Source of the DNA: Candidatus Woesebacteria bacterium
GTDB taxonomy: Bacteria; Patescibacteriota; Microgenomatia; UBA8517
NCBI GenBank assembly: GCA_013374835.1
Contig: CP055307.1
Span: 813,304-877,303 of the forward strand
Reading direction: 5' to 3'
DNA length: 64,000 nucleotides
The notes below the pieces were generated by a model, which saw nothing but the letters and a program-made list of their open reading frames with translations, ran no database searches and was not told where the DNA came from. Below are positions 28,567-37,808 of the stretch, in pieces. The position numbers were made by a program, and so were the translations under genes. Positions within the stretch are counted from its first letter, which is position 1. Each line of letters starts with the position of its first letter.

Positions 28567-29787
28567 CTATAAGGTGGGGAATTTTCTGCAAAGAGATTTC
28601 ACTTCTTTGTTTATTTTATCTACCGAATCTCCTAAGTAGACTCTATTTATAAAATCCGCTATAAGCATCATTTCTTTCACCCCCATACCCCGCGTTGTAA
28701 CGGCGGGCGTACCAAGTCGAATACCAGAAGGATTGTTCGGTGGATTGGGGTCACCGGGAATAGAATTATAGTTAACTATAATTCCTGCTTTTTCTAATTT
28801 TATCGAAAATTCCTTTCCCAAAACGCCTTTTTGCCTAAGATCTATAAGAATAATATGATTATCTGTCCCCCCCGAAACAAGATCAAAACCTTTAGATTTA
28901 AGCTCTTTTGCTAGGGTTTTCGAATTTATGATAATTTGTTTGACATATTTTTTGAAGCTCTCTGACTGTGCAGCTTTTAAGGCAATAGCAATAGCTGCTG
29001 TTTGGGCGTTGTGCGGACCGCCTTGAAGTCCGGGGAATACTGCCCTATCAATCTTCTTTGCCATATCAGGATCCCGTCGTAAACCCTTTTTTGTCACCAT
29101 TATAAGTGCCCCGCGCGGACCTCTTAAAGTCTTATGAGTCGTTGTGGTAACAACATCTGCATCTCTTACAGGCGACGGATGGACACCGGCTGCCACAAGG
29201 CCAGCAATATGGGAAATATCAGCAAGAAGAATTGCACCCACCTTATCTGCAACTTGCGAAAAAAGTGTCCATTCAAGTTTTCTCGGATATGAGGTAGTAC
29301 CTGCGATAATTATTTTTGGTTTAACTTTTTTGGCGAGTTTTTCAAGCGCTTCGTAATCAATAAAACCATCTGCGCCAACTTCATACTGAAAACTCTGAAA
29401 AAATTTACCTGAAAAAGTAATTTTTGGGTGACCGTGGGTAAGATGGCCCCCTGAGGATAATGCAAGACCTAGGATTTTATCACCCGGATTAAGAAGCGCC
29501 ATATAAACTGCCGAGTTTGCCGGTGAGCCTGAATAGCTTTGTACGTTTGCATAAGGAACACAAAACAACTTTTTAGCTGTTTCAATTGCAATGCTTTCTA
29601 TCTGATCAATGTATTTATTTCCTTGATAGTAGCGCTTTCCTGGATATCCTTCTGAGTACTTATTATTAAGCATACTACAAAGAGCCTGCCTTACTTCCTT
29701 CGGCGCATAATTTTCAGAGGGAATTAGCATTAAGGTTTCTTTCTGCCGCTTTTCTTCTTTTCTGATTAAATTTTTAATTTTCGTCAT
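28567..29787 (-). CDS. glyA: serine hydroxymethyltransferase
   Basis: PLP-lysine region TTTTHKTLRGPRG and an SHMT-typical N-terminus. Confidence 0.9.
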   Translation of the reverse strand: MTKIKNLIRKEEKRQKETLMLIPSENYAPKEVRQALCSMLNNKYSEGYPGKRYYQGNKYIDQIESIAIETAKKLFCVPYANVQSYSGSPANSAVYMALLNPGDKILGLALSSGGHLTHGHPKITFSGKFFQSFQYEVGADGFIDYEALEKLAKKVKPKIIIAGTTSYPRKLEWTLFSQVADKVGAILLADISHIAGLVAAGVHPSPVRDADVVTTTTHKTLRGPRGALIMVTKKGLRRDPDMAKKIDRAVFPGLQGGPHNAQTAAIAIALKAAQSESFKKYVKQIIINSKTLAKELKSKGFDLVSGGTDNHIILIDLRQKGVLGKEFSIKLEKAGIIVNYNSIPGDPNPPNNPSGIRLGTPAVTTRGMGVKEMMLIADFINRVYLGDSVDKINKEVKSLCRKFPTL

Positions 29788-30422
29788 TTTTCAAATATTT
29801 TATCGAGTATTCTTGAGATTTCTTGTGATACTTGTTTAACAGATACTTCTCCATCTACGACAAACCAATCAAGGCCTCCCCAGTTGTCTCTTGCCATTTC
29901 TCTATAGGCATTAACCAGTTTTTGCATATATTCAATCCCTTCTTTGTCAAATGGGTCATTATCTTTTTGTTCTTTGCTTTTTCTTTGAATTGCACACTGT
30001 GCGTTTACATCGAGAAGAATAACCGCGTCTGGAAGATGTTCATCCATTACTACCTTAGATATTTCTATTATCTGATTCATATCCCCACCTTCAGCATAAC
30101 CTTGATAGGCGGCTGTTGAGGTGTGGCTTCTGTCTGTTAGTATAGATACTCCTTCACTTATATTTGGGGTAACCACTTCATCGAGCCAAAGCTTTCTGGC
30201 GGCAAAAAAAAGAGCCACTTGCCCCTCCGGACCGATAAGATTTTTTTCTTTAAGATTGAATATCAGTTCTCGAATTTTTTCAGCGCTTTCTACACCTCCC
30301 GGCTCTCTTGTTACCAACAACCTTATGCCTTTTTCCTGAAGATATTCTTTTGCATGTTTTATTTGTGTTGTTTTTCCGCTTCCTCCTACTCCCTCAAATA
30401 CGATAAATTTTCCTCTTTCCAT
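29784..30422 (-). CDS. tmk: thymidylate kinase
   Basis: P-loop FIVFEGVGGSGKTTQ and a DRS-like lid. Confidence 0.9.
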   Translation of the reverse strand: MERGKFIVFEGVGGSGKTTQIKHAKEYLQEKGIRLLVTREPGGVESAEKIRELIFNLKEKNLIGPEGQVALFFAARKLWLDEVVTPNISEGVSILTDRSHTSTAAYQGYAEGGDMNQIIEISKVVMDEHLPDAVILLDVNAQCAIQRKSKEQKDNDPFDKEGIEYMQKLVNAYREMARDNWGGLDWFVVDGEVSVKQVSQEISRILDKIFEK

Positions 30423-30451
30423 CCTCCCACTATTAATCTAAAATTGGGCTG

Positions 30452-31384
30452 ATGTCAACTTTTAAAAACGGGGTTGATGAGCAATATTTGGCACTTCTTG
30501 ATGATATTTTACAAAACGGCGTCGAAAGCGATGATAGAACGGGAACCGGGACTAAAAAAGTTTTTGGGAGAATGCTTAAATTTGATTTGACACTTGGCTT
30601 TCCTCTTCTAACCACAAAAAAAGTGTGGTTTAAGGGTGTAAAAGAAGAGCTTCTTTGGTTTATAAAGGGAGAGCGAAATATTAGAAATCTTGTAATTAGT
30701 GGTGTAAATATCTGGAACGAATGGCCTTTTCAGAAATATCTTGAATCAAAAGGTCTGTCCAAGCGCTATCCGAAATATTCTCCCTCATGGAAAAAGAAGA
30801 TGGATGAGTTTGTTGGAAAAATTAAGTCAGATGCTAACTTTGCAGAAAAATACGGAGATCTTGGACCTATATATGGATACGTCTGGCGTCACTGGAAAGG
30901 AAGGGACGGACAGGTTGATCAGTTAAAAAAAGCCATTGACTTGATAAAAAATAGTCCCCACTCAAGGAGGATAATCGTCACTGCTTGGGATCCTTCTACG
31001 CTGGAACAAGTAGCGCTTCCACCTTGTCATCTTTATTACCAATTTCAGGTGGTTGGCAATAGTTTAAATTGCTTTATGCTTCAGAGATCTGTCGATACAT
31101 TTCTCGGGCTTCCGTTTAATATTGCTTCGTATGCTCTTTTAACGCATATAGTTGCAAAGGTTGCAGGCAAAGTTCCCGGAGAATTAACAATGGCTTTGGG
31201 AGATACCCACCTTTATTTAAATCATATAAAACAAGCTAAAGAACAATTATCCCGCACGCCCAAAGCTTTACCAAAACTTATCTTAAATCCAAAGCTTTGC
31301 GATATTGACAATATTAATTCTGATTGGATTGAAATTGAAGGTTATAATCCACATCCACCCATAGCAGCACCTATTTCAGTATGA
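30452..31384 (+). CDS. thyA: thymidylate synthase (ThyA type)
   Basis: Active-site PPCH (ALPPCHLYYQF) and DRTGTGT. Confidence 0.9.
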   Translation: MSTFKNGVDEQYLALLDDILQNGVESDDRTGTGTKKVFGRMLKFDLTLGFPLLTTKKVWFKGVKEELLWFIKGERNIRNLVISGVNIWNEWPFQKYLESKGLSKRYPKYSPSWKKKMDEFVGKIKSDANFAEKYGDLGPIYGYVWRHWKGRDGQVDQLKKAIDLIKNSPHSRRIIVTAWDPSTLEQVALPPCHLYYQFQVVGNSLNCFMLQRSVDTFLGLPFNIASYALLTHIVAKVAGKVPGELTMALGDTHLYLNHIKQAKEQLSRTPKALPKLILNPKLCDIDNINSDWIEIEGYNPHPPIAAPISV

Positions 31385-31902
31385 AAATATCAATTGTTGC
31401 CGCAGTAAGTTTAAATAACACAATAGGGAAAAACGGAAAGCTTCCTTGGAATATAAAAGAGGATCTAGCAAGATTTAAAAAAATTACCACGGGACATCAT
31501 GTCCTAATGGGAAGAGCCACTTTTGAATCTATAGGAAAAGCTCTACCAAAAAGACAAAACATCGTAATCACTTCGGACAAAAAATTTAAAGCACCTGGGA
31601 TTTTTGTATTTGACAATCCGGAAAAGGCAATTGTTTTTGCTAAAAAACGCAAGGAGAACGAACTTATGATTATCGGTGGTGAATCGATTTATAAATATTT
31701 TTTGGAAAAATCTGATAGTATTTATCTTACGAGAATTCTTAAGAAATATAGTGGAAATCGGCATTTTCCCAAGATTGATTTTAATAAATGGATTGAGATT
31801 AAAAAAGAAACTCACAAAGAAAAAATGCCGCCTTTTGAATTTGTGGTTTTGGAAAGAAAGAAACGCCCGGTGTGCGATGCTTCTTATCAGCTGTGGAATT
31901 AA
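31381..31902 (+). CDS. folA: dihydrofolate reductase
   Basis: ISIVAAVSLNNTIGKNGKLPW and GRATFESIG DHFR motifs. Overlaps the thyA stop. Confidence 0.85.
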   Translation: MKISIVAAVSLNNTIGKNGKLPWNIKEDLARFKKITTGHHVLMGRATFESIGKALPKRQNIVITSDKKFKAPGIFVFDNPEKAIVFAKKRKENELMIIGGESIYKYFLEKSDSIYLTRILKKYSGNRHFPKIDFNKWIEIKKETHKEKMPPFEFVVLERKKRPVCDASYQLWN

Positions 31903-31908
31903 AAGAGT

Positions 31909-32484
31909 TTACTGTGAGAGATAATCGAATACTGCTTGTGACCACCAAGTCATCTTTTTTCTAAACGGCTTTAACTCGTTAATAGTAAGAAATTTTGCCT
32001 CAGTTATTCCCTTGTCTCCTGTGTACTTAAATTCTTCAGAATCTCCTTTGAAAATCCAGACCAAGCCGGTGTGGACTAAGTTTACCGGCTTTTTATTATT
32101 TACTTTTATTAAACCCAAAAAAACTTTTGAGACTATTTTGCCTTGATAGTCTATTTCTTCATTAAATTCACGTTCAGCTGCTTTTTCCAGAGAATCGTCG
32201 TATTCTTCTACATGTCCGCCAAGAAGTATTGGCCACATGTCATGCAGACGGGATTCGGAACCTGAAGTCGGTATTTTATGGATAAAAAACTTATTTTTAA
32301 AAGATAATGCTATTTGAACAATAATCTGTTGATATGAAGGATCCTCTTCGAGCAAATCTCTTTCGATAAATTCAGCGTGCTTATTAATAATTGAAACAAC
32401 ATCTTTCCATTTGGCCGTTTGAAATCCATTTGGAATTTCTTTTGGGAAAAGAGTATTTGTTTTTATAGCCAATATTTTTGCCAT
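31909..32484 (-). CDS. NUDIX hydrolase
   Basis: Nudix box GGHVEEYDDSLEKAAEREFNEEIDY. Confidence 0.7.
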   Translation of the reverse strand: MAKILAIKTNTLFPKEIPNGFQTAKWKDVVSIINKHAEFIERDLLEEDPSYQQIIVQIALSFKNKFFIHKIPTSGSESRLHDMWPILLGGHVEEYDDSLEKAAEREFNEEIDYQGKIVSKVFLGLIKVNNKKPVNLVHTGLVWIFKGDSEEFKYTGDKGITEAKFLTINELKPFRKKMTWWSQAVFDYLSQ

Positions 32485-32489
32485 CTAAT

Positions 32490-34448
32490 TTATTTTTTGC
32501 TTTCTATTTTTCTTGGATCTGTCCAACTTGCCCAGGTGCAATCTGGGTAGCGGGAGCAGCCGAAAAATTTTCTACCCTTTTTGGTCCTTTTAATCACAAC
32601 TTCTCCTTTTTTGCATTCGGGACATTTCATTTTTAGCTTTTGTTCGTATTTTTGAGTATATTTACAATCGGGAAAACGCGAGCAGGAAATAAATCTCCCA
32701 AATCTTCCCATTCGTATTACCAGCTCACCGGCTTTGCATTCAGGACACTTTTCCCCAAGCTTTTCAGTTTCTATTTTAACCCTTTCTGCTTTTTGTTCAA
32801 TTGTATTCAGTTTATTTACAAAAGGGTACCAAAAATCTTTAATTATTTTTTTCCACTGCAAATCTCCTTCGGCTATTTTGTCCAGATTCTCCTCCATTTC
32901 TGCCGTAAATCCATAATCAAATACTTCTGGAAAATTTTGGACTAAAAAATCATTAACTGCCGTCCCAATTGCAGTAGGTACAAATTTCCCTTCATCCTTT
33001 TCTACATAATTTCTAATAAGAATTGTTGAAATAGTCGGTGCATAAGTTGAAGGGCGGCCGATTCCTAGCTGTTCAAGCGTTTTTATTAAAGAAGCCTCGT
33101 TAAATCTTGACGGCGGCTGTGTAAAACACTGTTCTTTGTGGATCTTAATAAAATCCAGGTTTTCCCCCTTTTTGACTTCTGGGAGATAGATTACAGTTTC
33201 AGAGGTATCCTTTGTACTTGCATAAAGCGTAGTCCAACCGTCAAATTTCATCGTCTGACCGGATGCTTTAAGGGTGTATTTAGATAGAGCTGAAACAATA
33301 ATTGTCTTTCTATCATAGAGTGCTTCGGACATCTGGCATGCTATAAATCTTTTCCAGATAAGCTTGTAAAGCTTTTGGGAATCGTTTGCAAAGCGCCCTT
33401 TTGTAGCCGGTTCTTTAAGAAAAGGGTTTACTACCCTTATTGCCTCGTGTGCTTCTTGAGCGCTTTTGCTTTTGGTTTTATAGACTCTTTCTTTTTGAGG
33501 CAAATATTTAGCTCCAAACTCTTTTTGAATAAGTGAGCGTACCTTTTGAACAGCAGATTGTGATAAATTTGTAGAATCTGTTCTATGATATGTTATTAAA
33601 CCTTCTTCATACAGTTTCTGAGCAACGCTCATCGTTTTTTTTGAAGACCAGCCGAAAACCCTTGATGCGCTTTGTGTCATTGTAGAAGTGGTAAACGGAG
33701 GATAGGGATTATTTCTGATTTCACGCGTAGAAACGTCTTCTACTTTATAATCCGCACCGGAAAGATCTTTGACTATATCATCCGCCTCATTTTTGTTTCT
33801 AACCACGGCTTTTTTGTTATTAATTTTTGTCAAAAAGGCGATAAATGTTTTTTTGTCGCCGGATTTTGCCAGCTCTGCGCCTATTTCCCAATATTCCTCT
33901 GGGGTAAAATTTTCTATTTCCCTTTCCCTTTCGACAATAAGCCTTACTGCTACGGACTGAACTCTTCCGGCTGAAAGTCCACGGCGAACTTTTTTCCAAA
34001 GAAGCGGAGAAAGCTTATATCCTACAAGCCTGTCTAGTACTCTTCTTGCTATCTGGGCGTTGACGAGATCAAAATTTATATCCCTTGGATTTTTGATCGC
34101 TTCGAAGACTGCTTCCTTTGAAATTTCGTGAAATACTATTCTTCTTGTTTTTCCGTTTCCAATTTCTTCTTTTACATGTGCTGCTATTGCTTCACCTTCA
34201 CGATCCGGATCCGATGCTAGAAAAATTAGGCTTGCTTTTTTGGAAACCGACTTAATTTTTTGAATTTCTTTTTTTCTTTTTTCGATCAACAAGTAATCCG
34301 GCTCAAAGTCTTTCTCTATATCCACACCAAGCTTGGATTTCGGTAGATCCTTAATGTGGCCCATAGTTGCCTCAACAGAATAGTTTTTATCAAGAAACCG
34401 GCTTAGCGTACGTGCTTTGGTCGGCGATTCGACGATAATAAGATTCAT
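32490..34448 (-). CDS. topA: DNA topoisomerase I
   Basis: Toprim N-terminus, active-site Tyr region (ITYHRTDS) and C-terminal Zn ribbons (CPECK repeated). Confidence 0.9.
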   Translation of the reverse strand: MNLIIVESPTKARTLSRFLDKNYSVEATMGHIKDLPKSKLGVDIEKDFEPDYLLIEKRKKEIQKIKSVSKKASLIFLASDPDREGEAIAAHVKEEIGNGKTRRIVFHEISKEAVFEAIKNPRDINFDLVNAQIARRVLDRLVGYKLSPLLWKKVRRGLSAGRVQSVAVRLIVEREREIENFTPEEYWEIGAELAKSGDKKTFIAFLTKINNKKAVVRNKNEADDIVKDLSGADYKVEDVSTREIRNNPYPPFTTSTMTQSASRVFGWSSKKTMSVAQKLYEEGLITYHRTDSTNLSQSAVQKVRSLIQKEFGAKYLPQKERVYKTKSKSAQEAHEAIRVVNPFLKEPATKGRFANDSQKLYKLIWKRFIACQMSEALYDRKTIIVSALSKYTLKASGQTMKFDGWTTLYASTKDTSETVIYLPEVKKGENLDFIKIHKEQCFTQPPSRFNEASLIKTLEQLGIGRPSTYAPTISTILIRNYVEKDEGKFVPTAIGTAVNDFLVQNFPEVFDYGFTAEMEENLDKIAEGDLQWKKIIKDFWYPFVNKLNTIEQKAERVKIETEKLGEKCPECKAGELVIRMGRFGRFISCSRFPDCKYTQKYEQKLKMKCPECKKGEVVIKRTKKGRKFFGCSRYPDCTWASWTDPRKIESKK

Positions 34449-34474
34449 AAGAAATTAAAAATATTTAAAAATTT

Positions 34475-35134
34475 TCATTTTGTCAAATTTATGCTCTTAA
34501 CGTACTCTAATACTTCTTTTGGAGATTTCGCAATCCTTGCGCCGTTTTCAAGCAAAAAATTAGGCGCTTCTGCAAGTGGAGACGTAATTGGCCCCGGGAC
34601 TGCAAAAACCTCTCTACCCAACTCTGCTGCATAGGAAGCGGTTGAGATGGTTCCACTTTTTTTCTTTCCCTCGACAACAATAACCGCAAGCGAAAGTGCC
34701 GCTATTGTACGATTTCTTGCTAGAAAGTTGTTGCCATACGGCTTTGTCCCAAGAGGAAACTGGCTTATTACCGCCCCACTTTTTATAATTCTTTTAAATA
34801 ATTTCGCATTTTCCGGCGGATAGACAATATCAAGCCCGGAACCTAAAACTGCTATTGTTCTTCCTTTGGCTTTGAGAGCGCTTTCGTGCACCACCGTATC
34901 TATACCCCTTGCTAGTCCTGAAATAATTGTTATTCCGTTTGAAGATAAATAAAATGAGAAGTCCGACGCTATTTTTTTACCATAAGAACTCATCAATCTT
35001 GATCCAACTATAGCTACGGCCCGACGATCTTCTGGTTTTATTTCCCCCGCATAGAATATTTTTGGGGGTAAATCCGTGTTGACTAGATTAAGAAGCTTAA
35101 TTTTCATTACTCTTTCTTCGAAACCAATACTCAA
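34475..35134 (-). CDS. dprA: DNA-processing protein DprA (Rossmann-like core only)
   Basis: VAIVGSRLMSSYGK...GLARGIDTVVHESAL core. Short form without SAM/DML1 extensions. Confidence 0.75.
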   Translation of the reverse strand: MSIGFEERVMKIKLLNLVNTDLPPKIFYAGEIKPEDRRAVAIVGSRLMSSYGKKIASDFSFYLSSNGITIISGLARGIDTVVHESALKAKGRTIAVLGSGLDIVYPPENAKLFKRIIKSGAVISQFPLGTKPYGNNFLARNRTIAALSLAVIVVEGKKKSGTISTASYAAELGREVFAVPGPITSPLAEAPNFLLENGARIAKSPKEVLEYVKSINLTK

Positions 35135-36719
35135 GAATGTCGCGTGCTATGGGTGCTGCTTCGCTTGAGCCTTCTCCCCCTTCCTCGACGAGGATAGTCA
35201 ATACAATTTCTGGATTATCAATTGGAGCATAAACCGTAAACCAAGCATGAGTTGTGTCCTCTTTTGAAGTTTCCGCAGTACCTGTTTTACATGCGACTTC
35301 GGGGGTAAAATCAAAAAATGGATATGCAGTACCTCCTTGGGAGCAAGCTCCCTTCATGCCTTCTTTTATGATTTCAAGATTTTCTTTTGAAATAGCTAGA
35401 CTTTTACACGACTTTTCTATATCGGCATTTATATGGGGTACGCAAAGCTCGCCCTTAATAAGTGCCGCGACAGCCATGTTTGCGGCAAGTGGAGTAACTA
35501 AGAGATCACCCTGACCTATAGCTACATGAAAAGTGTTTCCTAGAAACCAGCGCTCTCCAATTACCGCTTTTTTCCATTCGGGTGAGGGCACCAAGCCTTT
35601 TGATTCCGAAACTAAATCTATTCCTGTTTTCTCATTAAGACCGAAATTTTTAGCCCATTCTACTATAGTGTCAATACCTGTTAGCTCTCCCAAATTATAA
35701 AAAAAAGTATCTGTTGAGCGGGCAATAGCCCGGGGAAGATTGATTATTCCTTCTGTACGCCCATATTGGGTAAAATACCAGTTTGTGTAGCTAAAGTCAT
35801 TTACAATAATTATCCCTTTGTCCTCGTATGTAAAATCCTTGTCTATTACTTTTGATTCCAAAGCCGCAGTTGCCGTCACCATTTTAAAAATTGAGCCGGG
35901 ATGATAAAGACCGGATATCGCCCTATTAAAAAGTGGCATTGACTTATCATCCAGTATTGATTGGAGCTTATTTTTATTTTGGTTTTCGCTACTTGCAAAT
36001 AAGTTTGGATCGTAGCTTGGAGAAGAATAGATTGCCAAAATTTCGCCGTTCGGATCAGATGCCACTATTGCTCCGCGTTTTCCGGTAAGTCTTAGGGAAA
36101 CTGCGTTCTGAAGACCTATATCTATGGTTGTTGTTAGGTCTTGGCCATTTTTGGGGTTTTTTCGCGCGAAGGTTCTTATTTTTTTACCGAAAGTATCAAC
36201 CTCCAAGAGTTCTTCACCGTCTATTCCTCTTAGAAGGCAGTCGTAGTATTCTTCCAGTCCACCTCTTCCTACCATTGAGCCTAATTTTCTAACCCCCTTT
36301 TCTTTACACTGGGGATTTACTTTACCGACTTCCTTGCTGTTTACTTCTCCCAAATATCCGCTAACATGGGCAAATTTTTCACCCAGAGGGTAATGCCTTG
36401 TCCAAATAGCTATTGACTCTTCATTTGGCGAGTCTGCCTTTTTGGCCTCCATGCTAAGCTTCGGCGTAAGGGTGAAATTAAAATAATCCATTTTGTTATC
36501 CACGAGAACCTTGCCATTTCTATCGAGTATTTGCCCTCTGGGTGCAGGAATAACTATTGTACGAAGACGATTTCCTTCGGCCAAATCTCTATAATAAGAG
36601 CCTTTTATTATTTGAAGCTCTATTGCCCTTGCCAAAAGAATAAAAAAACCAAGAAACAATATCCCTTTTAAAAACCAAGAAAGCCAGCTTTCTTTTTGGG
36701 CACTTGAAAAAGTCTCCAT
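35097..36719 (-). CDS. mrdA: penicillin-binding protein 2 (peptidoglycan D,D-transpeptidase)
   Basis: SIFK (SxxK), a later SxN and a KTGT triad. N-terminal TM anchor. Adjacent to mreB. Confidence 0.85.
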   Translation of the reverse strand: METFSSAQKESWLSWFLKGILFLGFFILLARAIELQIIKGSYYRDLAEGNRLRTIVIPAPRGQILDRNGKVLVDNKMDYFNFTLTPKLSMEAKKADSPNEESIAIWTRHYPLGEKFAHVSGYLGEVNSKEVGKVNPQCKEKGVRKLGSMVGRGGLEEYYDCLLRGIDGEELLEVDTFGKKIRTFARKNPKNGQDLTTTIDIGLQNAVSLRLTGKRGAIVASDPNGEILAIYSSPSYDPNLFASSENQNKNKLQSILDDKSMPLFNRAISGLYHPGSIFKMVTATAALESKVIDKDFTYEDKGIIIVNDFSYTNWYFTQYGRTEGIINLPRAIARSTDTFFYNLGELTGIDTIVEWAKNFGLNEKTGIDLVSESKGLVPSPEWKKAVIGERWFLGNTFHVAIGQGDLLVTPLAANMAVAALIKGELCVPHINADIEKSCKSLAISKENLEIIKEGMKGACSQGGTAYPFFDFTPEVACKTGTAETSKEDTTHAWFTVYAPIDNPEIVLTILVEEGGEGSSEAAPIARDILEYWFRRKSNEN

Positions 36720-36720
36720 A

Positions 36721-37755
36721 CTAACTTGTAATTTTTATTTTTTTGAGCAGCGAGTTGTCGTGAAGCAGTTTTCCACATCCCCGAGCAACACAGGAGATTG
36801 GATCATTTGCAACTTCTACTTTTGTTTTTGTGGCTTCTGAAATAACTTTGTCGATACCCTCAATCAGCGATCCACCTCCGGCAAGAACTATTCCTGACTT
36901 TAAGACGTCCGATAAAAGCTCGGGAGGGGCTTCTTCAAGCGAATCTTTTACGTGTCCTACTATTTCTTGGATTATAGGTGCAAGGGCTTCGCGAACTTCA
37001 TCGCTTGAAAGTTTTTGCGATCTTGGAAGGCCTGTTTCCAAATCTCTGCCTCTTACTACTAAAAATTTTTCTTTTGTAGCAGTTGCAGATCCGATACCTA
37101 TTTTGATTTCTTCAGCTGTAGGCTGACCCAAAAGCAAAGAATACTTTAGCCTAAAATAGTTTATAATTGCCTCATCCATTTCGTCTCCCGCTACTCTTAT
37201 TGATCTGCCCAGCACTATGCCGCCAAGTGAAATTAACGCAATTTCAGTAGTACCGCCTCCGATATCCACGATAAAAACACCGTTTGGATCCTCTATGGAA
37301 ATATCCGCGCCAATTGCAGCGGCAACAGGCTCTTCCACAAGACAGGCGTACCTAGCTCCTGCTGAAAGTGCCGCATCAACTACGGCTCTTCGCTCTACTT
37401 CGGTTACACCGGAGGGAATACCAACAACCACTCTTGGTCGGGGTATTTTGGGTATTGTTGAACCGGATTCGTGGACTTTTTTAATATAGTAAGATAGCAT
37501 TGCCGAAGTCGCATCAAAATCCGCTATGACTCCGTCTTTTAACGGTCTTATTGCTTCTATTGAAGCAGGAGTTCTACCCACCATTTTTTTTGCGGAAGCA
37601 CCAATACTAAGAATTTCTTTTGTTTTTTTATGTCGAGCAACTACCGAGGGCTCTCGTATTACAATGCCTTTTCCTGCAACGAACACAAGAGTGTTTGCTG
37701 TGCCAAGATCTATTCCTATATCATGACTGAACAATCCAAAGAGTCTATTGATCAT
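36721..37755 (-). CDS. mreB: rod shape-determining actin homologue MreB
   Basis: DIGIDLGTANTLV phosphate-1 motif and the full-length MreB pattern. Confidence 0.9.
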   Translation of the reverse strand: MINRLFGLFSHDIGIDLGTANTLVFVAGKGIVIREPSVVARHKKTKEILSIGASAKKMVGRTPASIEAIRPLKDGVIADFDATSAMLSYYIKKVHESGSTIPKIPRPRVVVGIPSGVTEVERRAVVDAALSAGARYACLVEEPVAAAIGADISIEDPNGVFIVDIGGGTTEIALISLGGIVLGRSIRVAGDEMDEAIINYFRLKYSLLLGQPTAEEIKIGIGSATATKEKFLVVRGRDLETGLPRSQKLSSDEVREALAPIIQEIVGHVKDSLEEAPPELLSDVLKSGIVLAGGGSLIEGIDKVISEATKTKVEVANDPISCVARGCGKLLHDNSLLKKIKITS

Positions 37756-37808
37756 AACAGATTGAATTATACTATGTATAATGTTTTACGCATTATAACA
37801 CTTGTAAA

